Positions 31,443 to 44,347 of a stretch of 64,000 bases of DNA are shown one piece after another. Under the pieces are notes generated by a model. The model was not told where the DNA came from. It saw nothing but the letters and a program-made list of their open reading frames with translations, and ran no database searches. Each line of letters begins with the position of its first letter. The first letter of the stretch is position 1. Position numbers and translations under genes: made by a program. Source of the DNA: the human T2T-CHM13v2.0 reference genome, Homo sapiens; NCBI RefSeq assembly GCF_009914755.1, contig NC_060930.1. The stretch is one strand, 5' to 3'.

Positions 31443-32944
31443 CTAAGTTGAATTTGTAAATGCTCTTTCTGGCTGCCAGAAGGAGAAAGGAATTAAAGGG
31501 GCATAGGGACTGTAGTTCTGAGGCCACTGTAACAGGGAAGAGATGTTAGTGGCTTGAATGAATCTGCAGCGAGGATGGGGAGAGGGGGAAAGATGTGAAA
31601 GCCATTGGCAAGTGTGACTGATTCAATTCCATGCCAAACTCTTGGCTCCAACCCTCCCTTCCAGGTGGGTGATGATTTCCAGCCCTGATCTCAGGAGCCG
31701 CAGCTGCACATTTACAATGCTCACTGATGATTCTATGCCAACAACATTTTAGTAGTGCATATAAGAATCACTAGTGAAGTGTTACACAAATCTTGAGACC
31801 TAGTGCCTGCCCAAACTGATTCAACCAGCTGCAAGAGAGGGGGTGGAGTACAGAATGTGTAGTTTTGATAACAGCTCCACAAGTAATCGGGAAGGGCAGG
31901 CAACACTGAGAACCCCTGTCTGTCTTAACACCTCAAGTCTGAGTACTTAATCCTGGTTCAAAACTAAACACATCATCTGTTTTTCCCAACTAAATTCTTT
32001 TGTGGGTAACTAATCTCCCATTTCATAAGATTTTTTATCACCACTGACTTCTTCCTTCCAGGTCTCCCATATTGTTCAGTTGATTCTTCCTCTATTTTCT
32101 CTTCCATGTCCCTTTCCACTCTTGACATTATTGCTTTTGGTCATCAGACTTTATTATAATCAACAGGGCCAGGCAAGAGCTGTTCAATCTGTTGTCTGAG
32201 GGGCACAGAGATCCTGAACAGGTTCCCAAAAGGCTGGCATAACAGGCAAGAGGGTGCTGGCAGGTCAGCTTCTGGGCCAGCCACCCCGCTTCAACCAGAG
32301 AAGCTCCTCTTTGACCTACTGGATATTTGAGCAAGGTTTTACTGAAGAACACTTTCCTGCTGAAAAAAGGCTGGAAAACCACTGGCTCAGCAAGTAACAG
32401 TAGCTTTGTCATTGTTCTCCCAGGTTTAGAACAGACTTAACTCTAAACCTCCCTGCACACTGCCACCAGAGTCAGCATCTTAAAAGGTAGCTGTGAGCAC
32501 ATGATCTAACTACTAAAAATATTCAGTGGCTCTTATTGCACCTCAAATAAAATCTCATCTCCCTGGCCTGATACTCAAGGCTTTTCATAATCTTGTCAGA
32601 ATATACCTTTCCTGTTTTATCTTGCCCTGTCTCCTACAAGTGACTTAGGTGCAGCCCAATTGTACACCCATCCCTCTGAGTTTTTGTTCCTGTGGTTCCA
32701 CCTAGCTTGTCATCACACACTTTTCTTCCCGCTTTCTCCAATTTTACCCTTTCCTCAAGTTCTAACTCAAAAGCCACTTCTTCAATGAAGCTTTTCCTAA
32801 CCTACTCGAATGTTATCAAAACGTATTCATTCAATAAATACTTAATAACCCCCTGTGATATGCCAGAAGTGTGGGGATAAAGAGAAGTTGTCCTTGCCCT
32901 CAAACTTATTGTCTGTTGTGAGATCAAAAATAAGGCAAGGCAAT

Positions 32945-33160
32945 TCAGGAAGTGGGTAAGAGTGTGGTCTCTGGACCCATTCTGCTGGGCTTCAATCCAA
33001 CTCTATCATGATGCTGAGAAAGTTCCTTGTCCTGTATCTCAGTTTCCCTGTGGGGACAATACTAGTGATGATCTCATATAGCTCTGCAATTAAATGAGTT
33101 AATATTCGAAAAGCACCTAGAACAGTGTGTGGGACACTGTAAACATTCCATAACTGTTAA
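32945..33160 (+). mobile_element. MIR
   Basis: gtatctcagtttccc...ttaaatgagttaata...aaagcacctagaacagtg. Confidence 0.7.
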
Positions 33161-33169
33161 CTATAAAGC

Positions 33170-34300
33170 CACAAACAAATACATAATTTCAGAGTGAGAT
33201 ATACTATGAAGAGGAGATATAATGTGATGAAGAAATATAAAGTGATAAGAGTGAGGTGGGTCTGGAAGTGGGCTTGGGGTATAATTTTAGATCAGGTGGT
33301 CAGGAAAGGCCTATAAGAAAGGGTGACATATAAGCAGATACACAGATGGAGGAGGCAAGTCAGGCAAACAAAATTCCAGGTAGAGATGACATCAGGTGCA
33401 GAGTCCCTGGAGGGAGAATGTTCTTGACATATTCAAGGCATAAGATGGGCAAGTGTAGATACACTGAAGTAGCCAAGGCAGCGTGACAGATGTCAGATGC
33501 AGAGACCGGATGAAGCAGAACTTGGTAAGGAGCTTAGATACATTTTGGGTGGAATGGAAAGATGCTGAAATGTTTTGATCAAGGAACAGCCACGATGTCA
33601 TTTGTTTGAAGAAACACATTATACTTAGAAGACTGAAGGGGAGCAGAAAAGAAGCAGGGAGGCCAGATAAGAGGCTACTGTAGTAGTCCAGGTGAGAGAT
33701 GATGGTTGGTTGCTTAGACTTACATGGTAGCAGTGAAGGTGGTCAGTAGATAGGTTCAGAGTATATTTTAAGGCAGGTTCATCAGGACTCACTGATGGCT
33801 ATGGTATAGGTGAGAAAAGAAGGGAAATTAAATTAGGACTCCTACATTTTGGGACCGAATGACTAGGTCGCATCTATTCAGATGGAATAGAAAGGGAGAG
33901 GTATAGGTTTGGGGGAGAAGCAAGAGTTCTACTTTGACCCCCTACCCCCACTCAAAAAAGGTGAACTATTACTATCTGAGATGGATGACAAGTAGGTGGT
34001 TGGGTATTAAGTTTGGAGCTCAGGAGAGAGGTAAATACTGGAGTTAACACAGGGATGGTGTTAAAAGCCATGGGATGTGCTCATATACTGAGTGTAGCTG
34101 CAGAAACGGAACCAAAGGCTGAGCCCTGAGATATTTCAACATTAGGAGTCAAAGTAGAGAAGAATCGAAGGAAACTGAGAAAGGTGCTGAGTTAGGAGGA
34201 AAACCAGAAGGGTGTGGTGCCCAGTGAAGAAAGTGTTTCAAGAGTGAAACAAGGTGTGATCAAATGTCAAATGCTGCTGAGAGGCCAAGCAAGGTATCAA
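33170..34300 (-). mobile_element. L2 (long fragment)
   Basis: gaggctactgtagtagtccaggtgagagatgatgg, gtttggagctcaggagagagg, tgtcaaatgctgctgagaggccaag. Confidence 0.75.
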
Positions 34301-34727
34301 AGGTAACTCAAAGTAAACAGGTCTCTCGGCTCTATTTCCTCATAGTGCTTTATTTGCGCCTTTCTCATTGCAATTTCCAAGTATTATGTTGTACAGTTAT
34401 TTTTGTCTTCTCTAGTAAGAAGAGAAGGTCCCTTAAGATCAACAGACCATGTCTTGTTCTTCCTAGAACTTCCACTACTCTATTTGCTCAACAAATGTTT
34501 GAATAAACAGATGAATCGTGGAATTCTATAAAATCTAGGACAATATGCCTATCATAGAATTAGCAGTTAGAGCTGGTTTTATTGAGATGTTCTAAATGTT
34601 CTGCCCAGAATTAAAGATGTCCACCGTATATCTGAGTTGGATTACTGACAATCGCAACCCATCTGGCATTTCTATTTTTTTGCTCCAATATCGCATGCAC
34701 TATCCAGTCCACAAATTACTTAGTTTT

Positions 34728-35047
<320 letters not shown>

Positions 35048-37843
35048 TTACTTAATTGCTCCCTCACTTTTTAAAGTTGGCTCCAAGACCTGGTGATACC
35101 TTCAGATGTCATCAATAACTTGCTCTGTCATACTTCACTGAATATCAGCATCGATACAGTACAAGAAACATCAGGGTAAGTTGACATTTCATATTACATT
35201 ATAATGAATTTCAAAACAATGACAAAAGGAGCCATGGAAATACAGGTAGTGAGCATGACCAAACTCTTCAGGAAGACATGGTTGAGATGGCATATGCAGA
35301 AAAAAGACTGGTAGTCAGGAGATAACAAATTTCTCTTGGCTTTTACAAAATCGTTGGGGTCAGACAGTTTCTAGGTCAATGAGTGACTGTCTTTGTAAAA
35401 GAAAGCTAAAAACTAACAGTTTTGAGTAACAAGAGTATCAAAACCCACCTTACAGATGTGAGCTTTCTACAGCGTACCTTACTTGGAAAATATGCACTAG
35501 GCAACACAAAAAGACAAAGTCATCAAGTCCCAAACAAGTACAGCTAGAGATCAGAAATACCTGCTGTATGTGCCAGTACCACAGAAAACCACCCATTTGT
35601 GAGGCCAGTCCCTCTCTGCTTGACCTCAGCCGCATTCTATCTGGGGATCTTGGTGACTGATAACAGAATACCATATTTCAGCTCCATGGCTCTCTTGGCT
35701 AGTTTTATGGCAACTCCCTGAGAGCAAATATTCCCCTTGAATTCCTACTTACTCATACCTATGAATTGAGGTTTTCTCCAATCCATTGACAATTTGCCTG
35801 AGTTTTTATATTTGGATGGATGTTTCATAAACAGAACTTATGGTTAATTCCCAGCCCTTTCACTAAATCTCACCCTGGATGTGATCTGTCAGATTATGGC
35901 ACTACGGAGCAGCCAGACTATGCATCCAATATTGGCATTATGAAAACCTAAACTACTCCATCCCCTGAGGACAGCACATGACTTGGCATGTATTACTCAG
36001 TACACAGTATATACTTGGCAGATGAATTTCAAGAATGACACTGACAAAATGGGAGATATTTGGAGGAAGGAATGAACAGACTAGAGCTATTTTGTTTGGA
36101 GATGAGTCAGATGCTTGAGAGCTTCTTTCAAATAGCTAAAGAGTTGTCAGAAAGGGAAAAGTAAGATTTATGCTATAAACTCTAGGTCATTATGAGCTAA
36201 TGATTTAATGTAGTATTTCCCATGCTAGAGTTCAATAGGAAGCTGTGATACTAGGAAAGAAAAAAAAATTCTATGGTCAAGGAAGTTTGGGAAATGTTGA
36301 ATTAAATAGCTCTTATTTTCAGAAGTAAAGTTCTAAGCAAAAGCAAGACACAAATCACTCATTTATGAAAAGGTCAGAATTAACAAATACCTCCAGATGC
36401 TTGGTGAGAATAGCTCCAGCTTTAGGGGCTGCTTAAATTAGAGTGATGTTGAAACACAAGATATGTGCTGCGGTCTACACTGCAACTAAAATGAATGTGG
36501 ACTGACGCAAGGATCTGGTCCACAGTGGTTCCTACCGAAAGTAGTCGATTTGAGTAAGCAAGTCTTCATCACTAATGCCAGGCCGAACCAAGTGCACTTT
36601 GTATACTGATTTCTAAATGACAAGGTTCTATTTTTATAGCTGGTATTCTTACCAGAAAAATATAACACTCATTATAAAGTTATTAAGTAATCCTTTTTTC
36701 CACACTTGCTAAACACCAACTGTGTGCTATATACTCCACTGAGAACTGGGGGAAAAAATGGAAAACGCCTGGTTGTACTTTATTTATCCTTGAGATGTGG
36801 AGGTGAGAAAGCTACAGAGGGAAAGCCAAACTAATCACTTTCATAGGAGTCAACTTATACGTCAAAGCGTACTGACATCCCTCAATCTTCAAATTTGTCT
36901 TTATCTCACTATATATCATTCTAATACAGTAACATAGTTAATAAAAATGATTTTGCACTTAAAAACCTAAGTACTTAAAGAGCTACCTAAAGGACCTAAA
37001 AATTGAGTCTTTCACTCCATGGTTACTATATTGTTCCTACTAGATTTTACAGTAGTACTATATCTGCTCGTAAGCATGAAGAATCAAATTTATAATTCAT
37101 GATTGATAATGTGAAAGATGCTTTTGTCAAATAAAGCTACATAGTAAATAAATTTTTATAATGTCCAAGTTTTCGCTTAATCTCAAATGATCTGAAAAGA
37201 GGCATGCCTCTCTTCTTTCCTCTCTACCATCACTGTAATTTTTAATATTTTCAGACCAGGAGATAAATATATTTAGGAAACAAGAGGATGACAGAACTCA
37301 GGCAAGTAGGTATTTTGATGGACTCCATCCATTGATCGACAATGAATAGGTTCAAATATTCCTAAATATGGTCACACTTGATTTTCCTATCATACCCCAA
37401 GGTTTTACATTTGTATTTCAACCATGCTGGCACATGTAACAGGAAACCCAACTTACCTCAGACCTAAATATCAATAGTATGATAAATAAAAGTGAGACTG
37501 TCATTCTCTGGCATGACCCACATAAACCAAATTTCTAAAAACTGAAGAAAAGGTTACCTCAAATAGCCTATTAAAAAATACTGTAGAAAGATAACCATTA
37601 AAAACTACTGTCACACAATGTCAAAGCTTATATATTGTTTTCTCAGATAATGATCAACTCCTAGCTTGTTTCCAGTGTTAAATGTAACAAGACTAGTACA
37701 CTAAACGAATTCACCTCACACTCAGATTGGAATACGGTTTATACCTCATCATCCTATAAAGACTGATAAGTCAACTTAAACTATAAACAAGTTACTTCGG
37801 GTCCCTAAATCTGTAAGAAAATCTTGGTGCTTATCAGTTCAAC

Positions 37844-38852
37844 TCCCCAAACTGAAACGAAGAATAAACACTCTTAATGTGAACAATCATATTCAGACCA
37901 GCCTCTTGTGCAAAAATATAAGTCAGTGGATTTTTTTATCCTTACATAACTCAAATATTGCTATTTTTTTCTGCCTTTATTAAAATGGCAATTAGAGTTG
38001 AATTCCATGGTCATAATTTAGGTCATCCGAATGAAAATCAACATTATAAAGGACAATGACTTACTTTAATCTGAATTTACTCGTTCCTAGTTAACAATGC
38101 CAATATTTAAAAATGTATTTGTATTTTCCTAGGAGGTCACTATTTACTATTAGTCAAATAGGCATATTGGGGGTCTTCTCCAATTTTCTTTTATATTCTC
38201 TTCTATATCCCTCCATCCTATTTCTCCAAGAAACTTTTATGACAGTTTGTGACTAAGGAAATTTTAATGATTTTATCAACAGGTAACTTGTTTTAAATAA
38301 AGACGGACACAACATTTATTTAATTTTTTAATAAACCATAAAATTTAAATATTCAAATGAAAAGAAACAAAAATAGATTATTTAAGCCAGCATGAATTTC
38401 TGGTTTTACTCTTCCTCTAGGGCATTGTAGGCTTGACTTACCTGGGATTAGAGTAATAAAGCTATGATGCTGGTACAATAATGAATGAGGAAGTAAAAAT
38501 GGGCAATGTCTTCATAAAATTTACTTTCAAATCTAGATCAGAAGTTCACTCAAGCCTACTGCAAAGGCCTGACACTGGTTTTGTCTGTATAAAACTACTC
38601 TGGCTTTTTACCACACTTTCTTCATCACAGCTTAGTGTTCCCTGCATTCTGATCCTTTTGCTCACTAAAGCTCACTTCAATCTGTCAAAACATCAAGGGG
38701 GAAAATCCCCAAAATGAACCGACGAATAAACACTCTTAATGTGAACAATCATATTCAGACCAGCCTCTTGTGCAAAAATACAAGTCAGTGGATTTTTTAT
38801 CCTTACATAACTCAAATATTGCTATTTTTTTCCTGCCTTTACTAAAATGGCA
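37844..38852. repeat. Dispersed direct repeat, 2 x ~147 bp (37844-37990 and 38706-38852)
   Basis: Near-identical copies of tccccaaa...gaataaacactcttaatgtgaacaatcatattcagaccagcctcttgtgcaaaaata...aaatggca; about 7 differences by eye. Confidence 0.95.
38295..38332 (-). terminator. Distal ATG5 polyadenylation region
   Basis: Minus strand has ATTAAA (38327-38332), ATTAAA (38319-38324) and AATAAA (38315-38320), followed by GU/U-rich TGTTGTGTCCGTCTTTATTT. Confidence 0.75.
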
Positions 38853-39101
38853 CTTTCGTTTACATCAACCAATTATTTTCTACTTGCTTCTAAGTTTCTG
38901 AGATTGTATGCTGTACTGGCTATTCTTTTTGATTAAGCTTTACAATTTCCATTCCAGAATATCTGGTCTTTGACCAACTTTATCTAATTTTGTGAAGAAA
39001 TGTGCTATTAATCAGTGAAAATCGCAAAAGGAAAAAGAAAAGGAAGCAATGAACAATAGTAGAATCTCACTTCAGCATTTGTATAATTTTTTATAAGAAA
39101 A

Positions 39102-39186
39102 ACATTCATTTTTATTATGGGATCTAAAACCATGATCGTGTCTGATACTGTAAGCCTTTTAGCGTACTCAAATGGGTCAACATTCA
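39102..39186 (-). promoter_or_regulatory. Two miR-181 7mer-m8 seed matches (TGAATGT) at 39102-39108 and 39180-39186
   Basis: Plus strand acattca occurs twice; miR-181a regulation of ATG5 is reported. Confidence 0.6.
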
Positions 39187-39783
39187 ATATGGACAGCCAG
39201 CTAGCTCACAAGAAATGAAATGTAATGCACAAATATGTTTGACTGGTAAAATCCCAGAGGCTTGGTAATAAAGTGCAGCAAACTTTCCTTATATTGAATA
39301 AGAACTCCAGTAACCTCTGGATATTTTTGGTAAAAATTAAAGAAAAGGTACTGCAGTCAAGAGACAGGTAATCTTTAAACTTCAAAAGACTGGCTGCCAG
39401 GGACCACAGTGAAAAATTAGACCTGGAGCCAATGAAAAACACTAGCTTGGAAGGAATGGGTTTTTCCAAAAATGCAAAATTAGCATTTACAGATGCTTAG
39501 GATACTATGATTTGACAGGCTTACAGTGATAAAACAACAAAGATGAACAGTTACAATATTTATACGTGTAGTGTGTAAAGAACACAGGTTTTTTAATTGG
39601 CAGCAAGAAATTCTATGACAGCTTCTGAGACAAGTAATCCTATGCCCTATATCCACCCCATGCCAATGACGACCAGTCAAAATGGTAACACAGAGTAAAA
39701 AGTGATCTACTGTATGTGAGTCAGAAAGTACTTGAAAAGTGACAAAACTGTATGTTATTAAATGACAAAACATATTTAGAGGC

Positions 39784-39789
39784 TTTATT
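39784..39789 (-). terminator. Proximal ATG5 poly(A) signal AATAAA
   Basis: AATAAA ~590 nt after the stop, followed by U/GU-rich TATGTTTTGTCATTT...GTTTTGTCACTTTTC. Confidence 0.6.
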
Positions 39790-39846
39790 TAAAAATCTCT
39801 CACTGTTCATTATCAAAGTTACAAGATTGCATACCAATAGACAGAC

Positions 39847-39854
39847 TGTAAACA
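39847..39854 (-). promoter_or_regulatory. miR-30 family 8mer seed match (TGTTTACA) in the ATG5 3'UTR
   Basis: Plus strand tgtaaaca; miR-30 regulation of ATG5 is reported in the literature. Confidence 0.65.
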
Positions 39855-40378
39855 TAGGAAATTTTCGTTAAGGAAAGATGGGTTTACTGTAATTCAATCT
39901 TTTACAAAAAATTACTTGCAAGTTATTGATAACAGAATTTCTCTTTTACTTTCTTAATTCTCTTGAAAATTAAACCAATGTTTCCACTTTCATGAGCTAA
40001 AGTTCAACCATGGTCACCTTAGGAAATACCCCTGTTTATTTGTTAATCAGAAATACAAATCGAGTGGCACATACTTCCATTTTCTTCTTAGGCCAAAGGT
40101 TTCAGCTTCATTATATTTTACAGAAGACCTTCAGTGGTCCGGTAAGTCTTTCATGTCACAGCTGAGGTTTAATGATGGCAGTGGAGGAAAGCAGAGGTGA
40201 TGCAAAGTAAGACCAGCCCAGTTGCCTTATCTGACATGGAATCTTTTTCCTGTCTGGCTTGCAGCAGCGAAGTGTTTCTGGTCAGGTTGCCTCCACCAAA
40301 CCTGATTGAAGCAAAAGGGTGACATGCTCTGATAAATCCCATTTAAGGATGATTCTGTTCAGGCAAATAGTTGATCCT

Positions 40379-40549
<171 letters not shown>

Positions 40550-43089
40550 TCAAAACAGTTGAAGAAAAAATAATCTGGTGCCTTTTGAGAATCCTTAGTG
40601 CATTAAATGGATTTTAAACATGTTTTGTCCCCTGAACAGGAAATGTGGACATGGAGAAAGTTCAAATGTTGCAGTATGTATCACCCAAAACAGAAACCTG
40701 AGGGTTACAATATATTCTGATAAAAATTCTGTTGCTGTATGTGAAAGTATTACTTCTTTCTTAATTACTGTGCTTACTTAAGATTGACGTTAATGAAACT
40801 GTAGTGGCAAAAACAGCCCATTGTACCAATGACCAAAATTTATTTTAGTTATACATTAAAAACTGTAATATATGGTTATTAAAAATGACAAGTACATGAA
40901 GTCGGTCCATACATATTTTGAAAATGTAAAATAGAAATGTGACTAGAAATCAAGAATCAGATCAGTATTTGAGATGTTTAGTAAGACACAGGTGAGCTTT
41001 AGTTGTTTTCAGTAAAGCATTCAAGTATGTATCAAAATGTCTTAGAGATACTATTTGAATAACAGTTAAAATTTTAATGAGAAGGGATTACAAATCTGAC
41101 TCAGGGATTCCTGTTTTAGAGTCATAAAGCCTGACTGATTTTTGTTAACATCCACTTGCTAATTAAAAGGGGGCTGAAATTTACACCTTTCTTTTAAATT
41201 CAATTGTATTCCAAATTAAACTTAAGATTTTGTGTTTTTCATGATTTTGGTGTGTTGTACTGACAACTTTTAAAGTAAATATAAAGATTTTTGTCATAGA
41301 AAAACAAAGAAAGCAAAGCCAAACTCCTCTAATGAAAAAGAAAAAAAAAATAGAACCATCAAGAAACTTTGTGTTATTCCTTTAGCACAATTCTGGGTTT
41401 GTCTCCTTTACCTTCTCTTCAAAATACAATGTCTAAACCTCTCAGCTTCCTGGTGACAGAAGACAACAAGGAAACAGGGAATCAAGCAACTCTATAAAGG
41501 AGAAATACCCTACGTTTTCCTTTCTGCTCTGTTCAAAATGACTTTTGAATCTGTAAGTGCTCTAAGGTCTGGGCAAAATGAGCTGATGATGTATGGTGAT
41601 AATGACTTGGCTGGCACCTGAAACAAGAGACCCTTTTAAAGAAATATTTAGACTTCCTGTTAGAGGCAGCACAGTCCCAGGTGACAGTCAACAGAGGACA
41701 CAAAATACTACAGTTGATAAAAGAATGTGAAAAATAAAAACTTTAACATACTAACAATTCCAAAGATAACCAAATAAAACATTCCAAACTCCCAAATCAC
41801 TGTGCCATAGCTTAAAACAATTTTGAAAAAAGGTATCACTTTATAATACTACTAACCTAAAAAAATGCTTTATTTTTTCTTTGTTGCACCTATACATAAT
41901 TTGACACAGTTGTGACCATAGTGTTAATATAATGATTTGTTTTCATAATGAAATATTAAGCTATATACAGAATACTATAGAAAGCATAGTACCAGTACTT
42001 TGGGAAGATTTTTTAAACATTGGTATTGAAATGGAGAAACCCTCAGCTATCTGGAATGATTCATTGCTTATAAGTTCCAGTTTGCTAAAGCTTTACTGTA
42101 TTAAATCTTTCTTAGAATATTTGAAAACATTTCCGGTATAATTCTCTTCATATTCTTATATTTCTTTGAAATATTTTAATATTCTCAGAATCTTCCTCCT
42201 ACTTAGCACTGAGTCAAAAAATGAAAGAATAGTGGTGTAAGAGTAAAAGTTCCTTATCTCTAAAGTTTTTCCTTAAGCCAGTCACCTTTGTATACTATGA
42301 AACAGCAGAAGAAACAAGTCACAACTCAATATCCAAAGTACTGTATCTAAAGCAATATTTAAACATGGGAGCAAATACAATATGGTAAACAATCCACTGA
42401 TGATGCACAGTGTATCTGAAAGGCAAAAGACCAACCATGTTACAAAAGGATTGCTGGAGTTTATGAGTTGTACAACAGAAGCTGGAGGACAAAAGCACTA
42501 TTCAAACACTGTGTAACAAGCCTAATAAATCCCCTTACCCAAACCCTGAATAAGTAGCACTGATTCTCTGGTTTAGAAGCTGGGGCCACTTTTAATTTTT
42601 AACATAAAAGCATCACTAACTAAATTTAAGTAACTAAGGAAAGAATCTAAGACTGTCATATCCCTCAACAGAACAGTTTAAGGTTTTAAATATATTATTT
42701 TGTCACTGCCTACATATGTCCAAATATCTCACCGGCATTTATGTATTTTGTTTATTTTCTGACTTGCCTCAATAACACAATTTTAAACAGAGGGATTCTT
42801 AGAATAGGGCAGCAGAAACTTCAAACCGAAGTTTCTCTCTTATTTGTTACTCTGTCCCCAGTGCCTAGCATGGTACCTGACATATACAGTAATTAGATAA
42901 TAAATATTCTCATAGCTGGCATAATATTGTTGCTGGTAGAATTATACTGTCAAAATTAATGTTTTTGGAATGCTTTCTGATAGCTAGCCCTACCATGGAG
43001 AATAACTCTACCCGTAAAGACTGTTTTGGTTATTAAAACAACAAAGTAAAAAATGTTTCCAGATAAGCCAAATGTATATGCTATCCTTA

Positions 43090-43502
<413 letters not shown>

Positions 43503-43999
43503 TCAGTAGATGTCTTTTTCTTACAGTACAAAGGAAACACTTGATACTGTTAAAGTAAACAATATTTTTGGTAAACATGTCTTTTTGTTTCAAAATGGGA
43601 ATCTAGACCTTAATACTTAGAATGAGAAATGTCACTACAAAGAAAATGACTCAGGAGAAAAATGTTACTGTATGCCTCTCCCACTCAGGTTTTTAAAAAA
43701 AGCTAGCTTGAAGCTTTAAGTTAGGCAAACATATGAGAAAAATCAAGTGAACTAGTTCTATATGAACTTCTTTATATAGGGCACTTTTTAGAGAGTAATT
43801 TTTGTTATGATTTCAAACTTACAGTGTACCATTTCTAATATAAGATATTCTTTTACATAACTACAGTATAGTTATCACAATAAAAAATACTGATATACCA
43901 TGATATATAAAATAATAAAATATTCATTGTAGTCCATATTCAAATTTATCAACTATCCCAATAATGTATTTTTCTTCAATCTAGGATTCAGTCCAGGAC

Positions 44000-44347
44000 T
44001 GTCTTAGTCTGTCTGTGATGCTATAATTGGATAATTTATAAAGGACAAACATTTATTTCTCACAGTTCTGGAGGCTGGAAAATCCAAGATCAAAGTGCTG
44101 GCACCTGGTATGAGCTTCTTGCTGTGTTCTCATATGGAAGAACGTGGAAGTGTGAGAGACAGTGAACCCACTCTTGCAAATCCTTTTCATACCAGCATTA
44201 ACCCATTCATGAGGGCAGAGCCCTCATGACTTAAACACCCCCCAAAAAGCCTCACCTCCCAACACTGCTGCATTGGGGATTAAGCTTCTAACATGTGAAT
44301 TCTGGGGGATACATTCAGGTCATGTCAAGGATGCACATATTGCATTT
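44000..44347 (-). mobile_element. MST-family solo LTR within an old L1M fragment (~43780-44460)
   Basis: tgtcttagtctgtc...ttctcacagttctggaggctgg...catgagggcagagccctcatgac...acattcagg. Confidence 0.8.

Larger units (their letters stand above)
38310..40378 (-). other. ATG5: ATG5 3'UTR (~2 kb, long form)
   Basis: AT-rich, TE-free sequence after the stop codon, ending at a poly(A)-signal cluster followed by a GU-rich element. The exact cleavage site is inferred. Confidence 0.8.

Noticed and set aside
36495-36545. ctgacg...gaaa with small stems, resembling a hammerhead ribozyme core
   Set aside because: Core reads CTGACGC rather than CTGANGA, and the three required helices cannot be built.
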